From Petrotogales bacterium (GTDB taxonomy: Bacteria; Thermotogota; Thermotogae; Petrotogales; Kosmotogaceae): 36,982 bases of DNA. The first letter of the stretch is position 1. Each line of letters begins with the position of its first letter. Where the stretch lies: NCBI GenBank assembly GCA_041694295.1, contig JASMTM010000008.1, positions 1 through 36,982 of the forward strand. The letters run 5' to 3'. Made by a program: the position numbers and the translations under genes. Shown one piece after another: positions 16,937 through 26,370 of the stretch. Under the pieces are notes generated by a model. It was given only the letters and a program-made list of their open reading frames with translations, made no database searches and was not told the origin of the DNA.

Positions 16937-18439
16937 ATGTATCTCTTAACAATGAAGGAACGCTATAAAGTTATTTTAGGTTACATCGGCAGACTTTTTA
17001 CTTATTTCCCTATCGTTATATCATTACCATTGATTTTTTTCTTCTGGTATCCAGAAAACCAACGTTCCTACATGCTACCTTTTATTTATACTGCCATAAT
17101 AGTTCTGATATTTGGACTTGCATTTAGGATAACATTTAAGGTTAAACCGGGTACCCCATTAAACATTCAAGAAGGTGCCATAATTGTTGTTCTTGTATGG
17201 ACCTTTGGAATCTTTTTTTCTTCTCTGCCCTTCTATCTGGGAGATATCTTGAACTTTTCTCAATCGATATTTGAATCAACAAGTGGCTGGACAACGACGG
17301 GATTAACAATGGTAAATGAGGACACAATTCCAAAAATATATCTTGTATGGAGAAGTATCCTCCAATTTATGGGCGGCGCAGGTTTTGCAATAATAATGAT
17401 GTCAGCTATAGCGGGTCCGGGAGGATTTGGTTTATATCACGCTGAGGGAAGAGTAGATAATCTTGTACCCAATGTTCGAAGTTCAGTTCGCAGAATTCTG
17501 GTTATTTATTTCAGCTATGCTATTGCGGGCTTTGTTGCCTATTTAGTTGCGGGAATGAACAGCTTTGATGCGTTTAATCATTCGCTTACTGCTCTTGCTA
17601 CGGGAGGTTTTTCTACTCATGCAAGCTCAATAGGTGGGTTTAATAGTATACCTATAGAGATCGTTACGATCATTTTGATGTTTATTGGAACAACAGGTTT
17701 TGGTATCCACTACACGTTATGGAAGGGTAACTTTAAAGCATTCTGGAAGAATGGAGAACCAAAGCTTATGGGGATCACTGTAATAATTTTTACAGCATTG
17801 CTTTTGGTAACAACTTTCGCAATGATATTTTCCGGAATTGGTGAGGCTTTTAGGCATGCATTATTCCAGGGAGTTTCAGCTCTAACAGGTACGGGTTTCA
17901 ATACGGTAGATGTTTCATGGTGGAGTTCAAAGGGATTACACACAGGGCTATATTTACTTACTCTTCTCATGATTTTTGGAGGAGATATGGACTCTACTTC
18001 CGGTGGTTTAAAGCAATTCAGATTGTTTGCTTTGATTAAGGTTATATTTTCAGAGATCAAAGGTTTCTTTTTACCCCGTAACGCGATCGTAAAAACCGAG
18101 ATCTGGAAAGGTGAAAAAAAGCAATACATAAGTCCGTCGCTGATAAGAGAAATACTGGTAATTTTTACTTTTTATTTTGTAACCTTTGGTATAGGAACAG
18201 GAATACTTGCATCATACGGACATTCACTTGCTGACGCATCCTTTGAGTTTGCTTCTGCACTAAGTACTGTAGGTCTTTCAGTAGGAATCACAGGACCAAA
18301 TGCTCCTCTGGGTATTATCTGGACGGAAACTGCTGGTATGTTTTTGGGTAGGTTAGAATTTTTGGTTATCATATTTGGAATAACGAAAATTGTCAAAGAT
18401 GCACGTTTTGCCATAAAAAAATCAATCAAGGGGCGATAA
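16937..18439 (+). CDS. trkH: TrkH/KtrB-family potassium transporter membrane subunit
   Basis: A 500-aa polytopic protein with repeated selectivity-filter-like segments (SGWTTTGL, TGGFST, LTGTGFN, LSTVGLS). The ATG directly follows the stop of the preceding gene. Confidence 0.9.
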   Translation: MYLLTMKERYKVILGYIGRLFTYFPIVISLPLIFFFWYPENQRSYMLPFIYTAIIVLIFGLAFRITFKVKPGTPLNIQEGAIIVVLVWTFGIFFSSLPFYLGDILNFSQSIFESTSGWTTTGLTMVNEDTIPKIYLVWRSILQFMGGAGFAIIMMSAIAGPGGFGLYHAEGRVDNLVPNVRSSVRRILVIYFSYAIAGFVAYLVAGMNSFDAFNHSLTALATGGFSTHASSIGGFNSIPIEIVTIILMFIGTTGFGIHYTLWKGNFKAFWKNGEPKLMGITVIIFTALLLVTTFAMIFSGIGEAFRHALFQGVSALTGTGFNTVDVSWWSSKGLHTGLYLLTLLMIFGGDMDSTSGGLKQFRLFALIKVIFSEIKGFFLPRNAIVKTEIWKGEKKQYISPSLIREILVIFTFYFVTFGIGTGILASYGHSLADASFEFASALSTVGLSVGITGPNAPLGIIWTETAGMFLGRLEFLVIIFGITKIVKDARFAIKKSIKGR

Positions 18440-18442
18440 AAC

Positions 18443-19714
18443 ATGATCAGAAGAATAAAAGGTACACAGGATATATACATGGAAGAAATAACTTACTGGC
18501 ATTACGTTGAAGGAATTATTCTTGATCTGACAAAAAAATACGCATTTCAGGAAATTAGGACCCCAATTTTTGAAGCAACCCAGCTCTTCAAAAGAAGTGT
18601 TGGTGAATATACAGATGTTGTGCAAAAAGAAATGTACACCTTTGAAGACAAAGGTGGAAGGTCAGTTACACTAAGACCTGAAGGTACAGCAAGTATTGCG
18701 AGAGCGTATATTGAAAATGGATTCATTAATTTTGGTTCACCTTTGAAGCTCTTTTATGTTGGACCGATGTTCAGGTATGAAAAGCCACAAGCTGGGCGTT
18801 TAAGGCAATTTCATCAGTTCGGAATAGAAACACTGGGTTCGGAGGATCCCGAAGCTGATTTTGAAATAATTGATTTTTCTGTCAATTTTGTTAAAGCACT
18901 AGGTATAAATGATTTTCAGCTACTTATCAATTCTGTTGGTTGTGAAAAATGCAGACCTGAATACCGTAAGGCACTGAAGAACTATTATTCTGGGAAGCTT
19001 GACAAAATTTGTGATGACTGTAAAAAACGATACGAGACAAATATATTAAGATTGCTGGATTGTGACAAAGATAGAGAAATAGCTAAAAATGCTCCATCAA
19101 TACATGATTACTTATGTGCTGAGTGTTCAGAACATTTCGATAAGCTCATTCATTTATTGGAAGAAAACGATATAGATTTTACAATAGACGAATCCCTTGT
19201 TAGAGGACTTGATTACTATACCAAGACTGCTTTTGAGATAAAATCAAACACACTTGGAGGACAGGATCAGATTCTTGGGGGAGGCCGATATGATGGTCTC
19301 ATTGAACAAATAGGAGGCAAAAGAGTACCAGCTGTCGGTTTTGCTGCGGGTCTGGATAGAATAATTTTATTGCTCAAAAAGGAGAAAATTGTACCTGGAG
19401 ATAAAGAAAAACCTGATATCGCGGTTCTTGCAATTGATGAAATAGCAAAAAAGGAGTCTTTTAAGATTGCTGAGTATTTGAGAGAAAAGGATTTTTCTGT
19501 TTTTATAGATGTAGTCAACAGAAATGTAGGTAACAAGTTGAAACACGCTTCCCGTATTGGTGCCCCTATTTCAATAATATTAGGAGAGAATGAAATAAAG
19601 TCTGGTGAGATTTCAATAAAAAACATGAACTCCGGTGAGCAAAAGAATATTCCCATGAAAGAAGCTTCTACGTATCTCATGGGTATGTTGAAAAAGAAAA
19701 AAGTCGGTAATTAA
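18443..19714 (+). CDS. hisS: Histidine--tRNA ligase
   Basis: Class II motifs are present: RPEGTASIARAY, MFRYEKPQAGRLRQFHQFG, GGGRYDGL and AVGFAAGLDR. It starts 3 nt after the trkH stop. Confidence 0.95.
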   Translation: MIRRIKGTQDIYMEEITYWHYVEGIILDLTKKYAFQEIRTPIFEATQLFKRSVGEYTDVVQKEMYTFEDKGGRSVTLRPEGTASIARAYIENGFINFGSPLKLFYVGPMFRYEKPQAGRLRQFHQFGIETLGSEDPEADFEIIDFSVNFVKALGINDFQLLINSVGCEKCRPEYRKALKNYYSGKLDKICDDCKKRYETNILRLLDCDKDREIAKNAPSIHDYLCAECSEHFDKLIHLLEENDIDFTIDESLVRGLDYYTKTAFEIKSNTLGGQDQILGGGRYDGLIEQIGGKRVPAVGFAAGLDRIILLLKKEKIVPGDKEKPDIAVLAIDEIAKKESFKIAEYLREKDFSVFIDVVNRNVGNKLKHASRIGAPISIILGENEIKSGEISIKNMNSGEQKNIPMKEASTYLMGMLKKKKVGN

Positions 19715-19857
19715 GGACATTATGGGTTATATAAGCGAGCAAATAACAGTAAACGAAAGAAATAATGACATCAATATAACTAATTCGGTCTCAACAGTTG
19801 TAAACTCTAATTTTTATATGTTATGATTAGGACACATATAAATGGGAGGGATATAAG

Positions 19858-20631
19858 GTGGAAAATAGGAAGATTCTTAAGTTTTTAGAATCTTCACCTA
19901 CAATACAAGAACTTAGGAGTTTCGCCAAATCGCTGGGGCTAAAGCTTAGAAGAACCATGAAAAAGCGTGATCTTGTGAAGATTTTGAAGGAAAAGGCTAG
20001 AGAAATAGAGCACAAGAATAATATAACTTATCGGGAAGTACCATCAAGTGGAACTGCTCTGAAGAAGCATGAAGAAAAACACGAAATTCGTTCTAAACCA
20101 GAAGCATATGATTTGCCAGACGGCTATAAAAAAGACAAAATTGTACTTCTTCCCATAAATCCAAAATGGGTTTACGCCTACTGGGATTTTTCAGCTAAAA
20201 CAAAAAAGAAAATTGAGAAGTTTGAGCTTAAACTAAGATTACATGATGTGACAAATGTAATTTTCGATGGCAATAACGCTAATTTAACAAAAGAGGCTTC
20301 AATAAGTTTGGATCCTGGAAACTGGTTTTTTGAAGTCGATTTTGCCGGTGCCAACTATGTTGTAGAAATCGGTTACTATGAAAAAGGTTTTCAAAGAATA
20401 ATGATATCTAACGTTATATCTACTCCAAGAAATTTTCCTAAATATGGAAAACATGAAACCTGGGCTGATCTCAGTAGAAGTAAAAGAAAGGTGACTCCGG
20501 TACACGTGAGATCAAGTTTTGAGAATGCATTTATTGGTTCAAGCAGAGTTTCTTCAATACAGGGAAATCCCTCTTCTGAAGAATACCTAAAAATCCTTTC
20601 CAAGCATTTAAGTGGGAGGTTATTTCTATGA
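19858..20631 (+). CDS. DUF4912-family protein with an N-terminal Rho-N/SAP-like helix-hairpin
   Basis: GTG start 7 nt after GGGAGGG. The N-terminus ELRSFAKSLGLKLRRTMKKRDLVKIL resembles a Rho_N/SAP motif. The core DKIVLLPINPKWVYAYWDF matches my memory of the DUF4912 signature. Confidence 0.75.
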   Translation: MENRKILKFLESSPTIQELRSFAKSLGLKLRRTMKKRDLVKILKEKAREIEHKNNITYREVPSSGTALKKHEEKHEIRSKPEAYDLPDGYKKDKIVLLPINPKWVYAYWDFSAKTKKKIEKFELKLRLHDVTNVIFDGNNANLTKEASISLDPGNWFFEVDFAGANYVVEIGYYEKGFQRIMISNVISTPRNFPKYGKHETWADLSRSKRKVTPVHVRSSFENAFIGSSRVSSIQGNPSSEEYLKILSKHLSGRLFL

Positions 20632-22226
20632 ATAAGGGAAAGTTCATCCTGATGCTTCATGCTCATCTTCCATTTATCAATCATCCTGATTTCCCGCAAT
20701 TTATGGAAGAAAGATGGTTATTTGAGGGGATAACGGAAACATACATACCTCTTCTAAAAGTCTTTGAACGCCTTGAAAAGGATGGCGTAAACTTCAAACT
20801 GGCAATGAGCATAACACCTCCGTTAATGGAAATGTTTGCAAACAAAGACTTAAAGCGAAAGTATGAGGGATACATGAACAAGCTCATTGAACTTGCAGAT
20901 AAAGAAGTTGAACGCACTAAAAATGAAAATGCACTAAAACATAAGATGGCAAAGTACTATAGAGAAGATTATGGAAATATCCTGGAATATTTCAATGCTG
21001 TTGATGGCGATTTGACAAAAGCATTTGCTTATTTTCAAAGTAAAGGCAATCTGCAGATTATTACATGTAATGCAACTCATGGTTTTTTGCCCTTAATGAT
21101 GCATATACCACAAAATGTTAATGCTCAGATAGAAGTAGGCGTTAATGCATATAAAAGACACGTTGGCCAAAAGCCAGACGGCATTTGGCTCGCTGAATGT
21201 GGTTATGAACCCGGTCTTGATAAGTATCTTAAAAGACATGGGCTCTCCTTTTTCTTTGTAGATTCTCATGGTTTATGGTTTGGCGATCCTGCCCCAGCTT
21301 ATGGTGTTTACAGACCGGTAATGACCGAAGAAGGTGTTTTTGTGTTCGCAAGGGATCCCGAATCAAGTCAGCAGATATGGAGTGCTGATGTTGGTTATCC
21401 AGGAGACTCGCGATATAGAGAGTTTTATAGAGATATCGGATTTGATAGAGAAGAAGATTATATAAAACCTTATATAGATGGAAGCGGGGAACGTTGTAAT
21501 ACTGGAATAAAATATCATAAAATAACATCAAAAGAAAATGACCTTAATTCAAAAGACCTATATGATATTGACGAAGCACATGAAGCTGTCAAAGAACATG
21601 CCAGAGATTTTATCAACAAGAAGAGAGATCAGGTTACGAAGCTGCTGAAAGAATTCGATGGTGTGTCACCTGTAATCACAGCTCCTTTTGATGCTGAACT
21701 TTTTGGTCACTGGTGGTATGAGGGGCCACTGTTTATTGAACAGATGTTCAGAGAAATGAACGAGGCTGAAGAGTTGAACCCATATACACCTCGAGAAGTC
21801 ATAGATACAATTGATAGCGTTCAGATAGTAACGCCTGCGAGCTCTACATGGGGTGCCAACGGTTATAACGAAGTCTGGTTAAATGGGAGTAATGAATGGA
21901 TTTATAGGCATCTTGATAATGCAGCTGAAAACATGATAAATTTAGCTAGTAAACACTATCAAGCAAAGGGTCTACAGGAACGTGTACTAAATCAAATGGC
22001 CAGGGAATTGTTGCTTGCTCAATCCAGTGATTGGGCTTTTATAATGACCACAGGAACCACGGTAGAATATGCAGTTAACAAGACCAAAACGCACCTTAAC
22101 AGATTTAGAGAACTAAAGAAAGAACTTGAAAATGACAACATTGATGAAAATAAACTCAAAACCCTGGAGTGGATCGATAGCATTTTTGATGATATTGATT
22201 TTAGGGTTTACGCTAAGGAAATATAA
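20628..22226 (+). CDS. GH57-family 1,4-alpha-glucan branching enzyme (DUF1957-containing)
   Basis: The N-terminus FILMLHAHLPF is GH57 region I. WLAECGYEPG gives the nucleophile Glu context and APFDAELFGHWWYEG the acid/base Asp context. Its start overlaps the upstream stop (ATGA). Confidence 0.9.
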   Translation: MNKGKFILMLHAHLPFINHPDFPQFMEERWLFEGITETYIPLLKVFERLEKDGVNFKLAMSITPPLMEMFANKDLKRKYEGYMNKLIELADKEVERTKNENALKHKMAKYYREDYGNILEYFNAVDGDLTKAFAYFQSKGNLQIITCNATHGFLPLMMHIPQNVNAQIEVGVNAYKRHVGQKPDGIWLAECGYEPGLDKYLKRHGLSFFFVDSHGLWFGDPAPAYGVYRPVMTEEGVFVFARDPESSQQIWSADVGYPGDSRYREFYRDIGFDREEDYIKPYIDGSGERCNTGIKYHKITSKENDLNSKDLYDIDEAHEAVKEHARDFINKKRDQVTKLLKEFDGVSPVITAPFDAELFGHWWYEGPLFIEQMFREMNEAEELNPYTPREVIDTIDSVQIVTPASSTWGANGYNEVWLNGSNEWIYRHLDNAAENMINLASKHYQAKGLQERVLNQMARELLLAQSSDWAFIMTTGTTVEYAVNKTKTHLNRFRELKKELENDNIDENKLKTLEWIDSIFDDIDFRVYAKEI

Positions 22227-22286
22227 ATGTATTAAAGAGAATGAATATTTAATTAGCAATATAGCTATGATATAATCGTTCATTGC

Positions 22287-22325
22287 AGGGGAGGAAGTGC
22301 TAAACAGCGGCCTCCCCTTATTGGT
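22287..22325 (+). terminator. Possible terminator hairpin after the GH57 gene
   Basis: Stem AGGGGAGG (22287-22294) / CCTCCCCT (22311-22318) with a 16-nt loop. The trailing tattggtt is only weakly T-rich. Confidence 0.4.
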
Positions 22326-22353
22326 TGATATTGGTTTAATTAAGTTATATCAT
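22325..22353 (+). promoter_or_regulatory. Sigma-70-type promoter of the PpiD-like gene
   Basis: TTGATA (22325-22330), a 17-nt spacer, then TATCAT (22348-22353). It lies 38 nt upstream of the ATG at 22391, which has a GGAAGGAG SD. Confidence 0.5.
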
Positions 22354-22390
22354 TATACGAGTTTAATAGAATCTGGAAGGAGTTGGAGCT

Positions 22391-24511
22391 ATGAAAAAGA
22401 AAGATTTAATGAAGAGAATTCAGGTACCCGTCATCTGGACGATAGCGATTCTTTTTGCAGCCGGTGTAATCTGGTGGTCTGTTGCCAGCTATCTGGGAGG
22501 TCAGAGTCAGAATAACGAGGAACCTGAAACAAATCTCTCATATGAAAATTCTGTTGCATATCTAACAAAGGATGGAACACCTCTCGAAGAAGAAAGATAT
22601 TTAGTTACCGTCAGAGAATTTGAACGAAGGGCAAGACAAAATATAGACAATATAAGGCAGCAAGGTCAGGAAGTAAATGCCTATTTTGGCACACAACAGG
22701 TTCCAAGTGAAATAGAAATCAGACATATGGTACTGAAAAACCTTATCGAAGAAAAAATACTTACATATTACACAGTGAACGAAGGAATTTATCCAACTCA
22801 GGAAGAACTTGATGCTCAAACTGATTCGATTGTTAACAACTATACTTCAGATGAAAATATTAGAAATCAAATTATAAGTATTTATGGTTCCATAGAGGCA
22901 TTTCGGTCCCTTGTTGAAGATACAATTATCGGGCAGATACTTGTAAACAAGGTAAAAGATTATGTATTCAGCGATGTAGATGAACAACTTGCTGAGTATT
23001 TTGAAGAGAACAAAGATGATATAAAGAACAAGTACGAAGTGGTTAATGCAAGTCACATTCTTTTATCTTCAGAAGCTACTGCCAATGAAATAAAGGAAAG
23101 AATCACATCAGGCGAATTAGTGTTTAGTACAGCTGCCAGTGATTTTTCAATAGATACAAACAGTGCCATGACCGGTGGCAGTCTTGGGGAAATACACAGA
23201 GGAGATATGGTTGAGAAATTTGAGGAGGCTGCTTTTTCAGCGACTCCTAACGAGATTGTTGGCCCTGTTGAAACACAATATGGTTATCACTTAATAAAGG
23301 TAGCTTCAAAAACCACTTTTGATAATTTCGAGGAACTAAAATTAACCTCTGTATATTCTGATGTGAAAAATGATTATCTTAATCAGAAGTTTCAAGAATG
23401 GTTTATAGAATACAAAGAAGAAAGCAATTTCGATTATATAATTAATGATTCAGAGATGAGACTTTTTGATAGATACCAGAAGGTCCAGGAATCTGAGAAA
23501 GAATTAGACGATTTTTACAAAAGCCTTGAAGAGGAAATCTTCATGGAAGATGGTCAGATAGTAATTTCTGAAGGATATCTTCCAGTTGTTCTTTATACAA
23601 AGATCACAGATAAGAAAAAATCAGAGCTTGAAGATAAAAAGAGTAAATTAACAGACATTATTGAATACAGGGAAACATTACCCTCTACTGTTCTAACAAT
23701 GACGCCAGAAGAAGTGGAAGAAAAAATCCAGGAATTAAACGAAAGCAATGATAGAAGTGAACTATCAACCTATCAAAATGCGCAAACATTATTTGAATAT
23801 GAAAACGAACTTGACATATCTGAAGTATCACAAGCTCAAAAAATGCTTGAACAGGTTGATGAAGAACTGCAAAGTTTTGAAGAACGATTTGAAAAGGTTA
23901 TCAGATTCCTTTATGAAGAAATGCCCTATTCTCCACAGGTAATAACTTATATGTACGGAATCGATCCTGATGATCCCAAGGTTGCTTATAGATACTATGA
24001 GAACTACTATGAACAAAACCTGAAACCAATAATCAACGATCCTTCTACTTACCAGAGCTATTTGAGTTATTACCAGCAGTATTTTGGCAATCAAGCAAGA
24101 AATTATTTAATTGAATACCCGTTGAATCAAATGGAGAGAGAATTGAACCAGAAGATTATTGAAAGCACTGAGGCATCAACGGACACAAAAATCTCAGCAC
24201 TGTTTCTCATTGTGGATGTATATGAAAAATTATCGAATCTTGATCAATCAGAAGGTTTAGTTCAGTTATACATGATGGCTGAGAGACGTTATCTACGCGA
24301 ATTAAAGGAATTAATGCCTGAAGATGATGCATTACAGGATCAGATTGACGAAATAACTTTAGTTCTGGAAGAATTAAACAAACCGTCAGAAGAATCTACA
24401 GAAACCACAGACACTGACCTGGAAACGGATATTGAACTGGACACTGAGCTGGATTCGGACTTGAATAACGAAATGAGTCCAGAACTCGATGTACCGGATA
24501 CTATAGAGTGA
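22391..24511 (+). CDS. Membrane-anchored parvulin-type peptidyl-prolyl isomerase (PpiD/SurA-like) with a long C-terminal extension
   Basis: Has an N-terminal TM (VPVIWTIAILFAAGVIWWSVASYL). The parvulin domain reads NASHILL...GGSLGEIHRGDMVEKFEEAAF...IVGPVETQYGYHLIKV. A further 380 aa or so end in an acidic tail. Confidence 0.85.
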   Translation: MKKKDLMKRIQVPVIWTIAILFAAGVIWWSVASYLGGQSQNNEEPETNLSYENSVAYLTKDGTPLEEERYLVTVREFERRARQNIDNIRQQGQEVNAYFGTQQVPSEIEIRHMVLKNLIEEKILTYYTVNEGIYPTQEELDAQTDSIVNNYTSDENIRNQIISIYGSIEAFRSLVEDTIIGQILVNKVKDYVFSDVDEQLAEYFEENKDDIKNKYEVVNASHILLSSEATANEIKERITSGELVFSTAASDFSIDTNSAMTGGSLGEIHRGDMVEKFEEAAFSATPNEIVGPVETQYGYHLIKVASKTTFDNFEELKLTSVYSDVKNDYLNQKFQEWFIEYKEESNFDYIINDSEMRLFDRYQKVQESEKELDDFYKSLEEEIFMEDGQIVISEGYLPVVLYTKITDKKKSELEDKKSKLTDIIEYRETLPSTVLTMTPEEVEEKIQELNESNDRSELSTYQNAQTLFEYENELDISEVSQAQKMLEQVDEELQSFEERFEKVIRFLYEEMPYSPQVITYMYGIDPDDPKVAYRYYENYYEQNLKPIINDPSTYQSYLSYYQQYFGNQARNYLIEYPLNQMERELNQKIIESTEASTDTKISALFLIVDVYEKLSNLDQSEGLVQLYMMAERRYLRELKELMPEDDALQDQIDEITLVLEELNKPSEESTETTDTDLETDIELDTELDSDLNNEMSPELDVPDTIE

Positions 24512-24517
24512 CAAAAA

Positions 24518-24537
24518 AGGTGGCTGTTGAGCCACCT
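24518..24537. terminator. Bidirectional terminator hairpin between the ppiD-like gene and tRNA-Gln
   Basis: Stem AGGTGGCT / AGCCACCT with loop GTTG. The plus-strand tail is cgttttatt and the minus-strand tail is TTTTTTG. Confidence 0.7.
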
Positions 24538-24549
24538 CGTTTTATTCAT

Positions 24550-24625
24550 TGGCTGGGGCGGGAGGACTCGAACCTCCGGATGTCAGATCCAAATTCTGAT
24601 GCCTTACCAACTTGGCTACGCCCCA
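24550..24625 (-). tRNA. tRNA-Gln (anticodon UUG)
   Basis: Hand-folded 76-nt cloverleaf. Acceptor UGGGGCG/CGCCCCA with U1-A72, as in bacterial tRNA-Gln. Anticodon stem UCAGA/UCUGA with loop AUUUGGA. T arm GGAGG-UUCGAGU-CCUCC. CCA is encoded. Confidence 0.9.
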
Positions 24626-24687
24626 AAACATGATGATTTTAGCATTATAGATTGTTAGTGTCAAGCAGTCTTCAGGAGGTAACTAAT

Positions 24688-26352
24688 ATGAAAACTGTTG
24701 AGTTGTTTTTCGAAAAAACTGGTAAAAGGGAAGAGGTTCCTTATGGAACAAAAATTCATGAAATTACTGCAAGATATGAGGAATACTTTGATTCTCCCAT
24801 TATGGGAGCAAAAATAGATAATACACTTCTTGAACTGAGAAAACCGATATTAAAAGGCGGTAAAATAGACTTTCTGGATCTAACAACTACCGATGGGTTA
24901 AGAATCTATACCAGAGGGATTCTCTTCATTATGCTGATGGCTTTTAGAAAAATATACAAAGATGCGAAACTATACGTACATCATTCACTTGGTTCTGGCC
25001 TGGTTTGTGAGTTGAAGGATTATTCAGTTGATGAAACCTTACTGGAAAAAGTAAAAGAAATTATGAACGATTTTGTTAAGAGAGATCTGAGGTTTATTAA
25101 GGATTCTATGGATAAATTTGAAGCCATTGATTTTTTTGAAAAAGATTATCAGAGAGAAAAATCTTTGCTCTTTAAATACAGAAAAAAGAGTACCGTTAAT
25201 ACATATTATTGTAATGGATTTGTGAATTATTTTTATGGATATATGCCTATGAGTACAGGCGTGCTGAAATGGTTTGACCTTATACCCTATGGTGATTATT
25301 TCATTTTAAATCTTCCAACGAATGATTCTCCAAATAAAGTACCTGAATTTGAGGACTTACCAAAGCTGGCTTCGATTTTTATGGAACATGAACAATGGGG
25401 AAGTATTCTTGGAGTGAAAACAGTCGGAGAACTCAACGAAATAATCGCAAAAGGTGGCAATGAAACTATAGAATTGCTAAGAATAGCAGAGGTACTGCAT
25501 GAAAAGAAAATTGCGCAAATAGCGGATGAACTTGTGAAATACAAAGAGAAAAATCTTGTTCTCGTTGCCGGTCCTTCGAGTTCTGGGAAAACGACATTTT
25601 CTAAGCGACTCATGCTGCATTTAAAAGTACTTGGTATATCGTCTCTGCAGATTTCTATTGATGACTATTTCGTTAATAGGGACCAGACACCTCTGGATGA
25701 AAATGGGAATTACGATTTTGAATCTATTGAAGCACTTGATCTTGAATTATTCAATAAAAATATGACTGATTTAATGATGGGCAAAGATGTTGTATTGCCA
25801 AAATATGATTTCAAGGCTGGGAAACGGGAATACCGTGACAAACCAACCAGATTGGAAAAGGATCAAATCATAATTGTGGAAGGCATTCATGGTTTGAACG
25901 AAAGGTTGACAAGTTTAATACCCAGAGAAAAAAAGTATAAAATATATGTAAGTGCCTTAACGCAAATGAACCTTGACGATATGAACAGAATACCAACAAC
26001 GGATGTTCGCCTTTTAAGAAGAATAGTAAGGGATTATAAATTTAGAGGGCATTCAGCGAGGAATACCATAAGGATGTGGGAAAATGTGAGAAAAGGAGAA
26101 GAGGAAAATATCTTTCCCTTTCAGGAAGAAGCTGATGTGATGTTTAATTCTGCCTTAATCTACGAGCTGGCTGTTCTAAAAATGTTTGCAGAACCATTAC
26201 TGGTTCAAATTGACAACAAACAACCGGAATATACGGAAGCCAAAAGACTACTGAGATTCATCGACTATTTTTTACCATTAACAGTTTTCGAAGAAATTCC
26301 AAAAACATCTATACTTAGAGAATTTATTGGAGGCAGCACATTTGAATATTGA
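24688..26352 (+). CDS. Uridine-kinase/phosphoribulokinase-family P-loop protein with a TGS/ThrRS-like N-terminal region
   Basis: Walker A (VLVAGPSSSGKTTFSKRL) and a Udk-like core (IIIVEGIHGLNERL) in the C-terminal half. The N-terminal 280 aa or so resemble the TGS plus second-additional-domain region. I moved the start to the ATG at 24688, after CAGGAGGT. Confidence 0.8.
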   Translation: MKTVELFFEKTGKREEVPYGTKIHEITARYEEYFDSPIMGAKIDNTLLELRKPILKGGKIDFLDLTTTDGLRIYTRGILFIMLMAFRKIYKDAKLYVHHSLGSGLVCELKDYSVDETLLEKVKEIMNDFVKRDLRFIKDSMDKFEAIDFFEKDYQREKSLLFKYRKKSTVNTYYCNGFVNYFYGYMPMSTGVLKWFDLIPYGDYFILNLPTNDSPNKVPEFEDLPKLASIFMEHEQWGSILGVKTVGELNEIIAKGGNETIELLRIAEVLHEKKIAQIADELVKYKEKNLVLVAGPSSSGKTTFSKRLMLHLKVLGISSLQISIDDYFVNRDQTPLDENGNYDFESIEALDLELFNKNMTDLMMGKDVVLPKYDFKAGKREYRDKPTRLEKDQIIIVEGIHGLNERLTSLIPREKKYKIYVSALTQMNLDDMNRIPTTDVRLLRRIVRDYKFRGHSARNTIRMWENVRKGEEENIFPFQEEADVMFNSALIYELAVLKMFAEPLLVQIDNKQPEYTEAKRLLRFIDYFLPLTVFEEIPKTSILREFIGGSTFEY

Positions 26353-26370
26353 GATATGAGGTGAAAGATC

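Noticed and set aside
16504-19680. Antisense ORFs of 102-139 aa within trkA, trkH and hisS (16504-16917, 17710-18129, 18172-18480, 19267-19680)
   Set aside because: They are fully embedded antisense to genes with strong family signatures. Their composition is what one expects from reverse frames of AT-rich coding DNA, and they lack ribosome-binding sites.
22297-22515. 72-aa plus-strand ORF spanning the GH57 terminator hairpin and the ppiD-like start
   Set aside because: It begins inside the hairpin and promoter region and runs out of frame over a well-supported start (GGAAGGAG SD plus the ATG at 22391).
24550-24625. tRNA-Gln and tRNA-Arg (35001-35075) as possible integration sites for genomic islands
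   Set aside because: No integrase, no direct repeat of the tRNA 3' end and no compositional break is visible on either side. The flanking genes (ppiD-like, gdh, rhomboid) are housekeeping.
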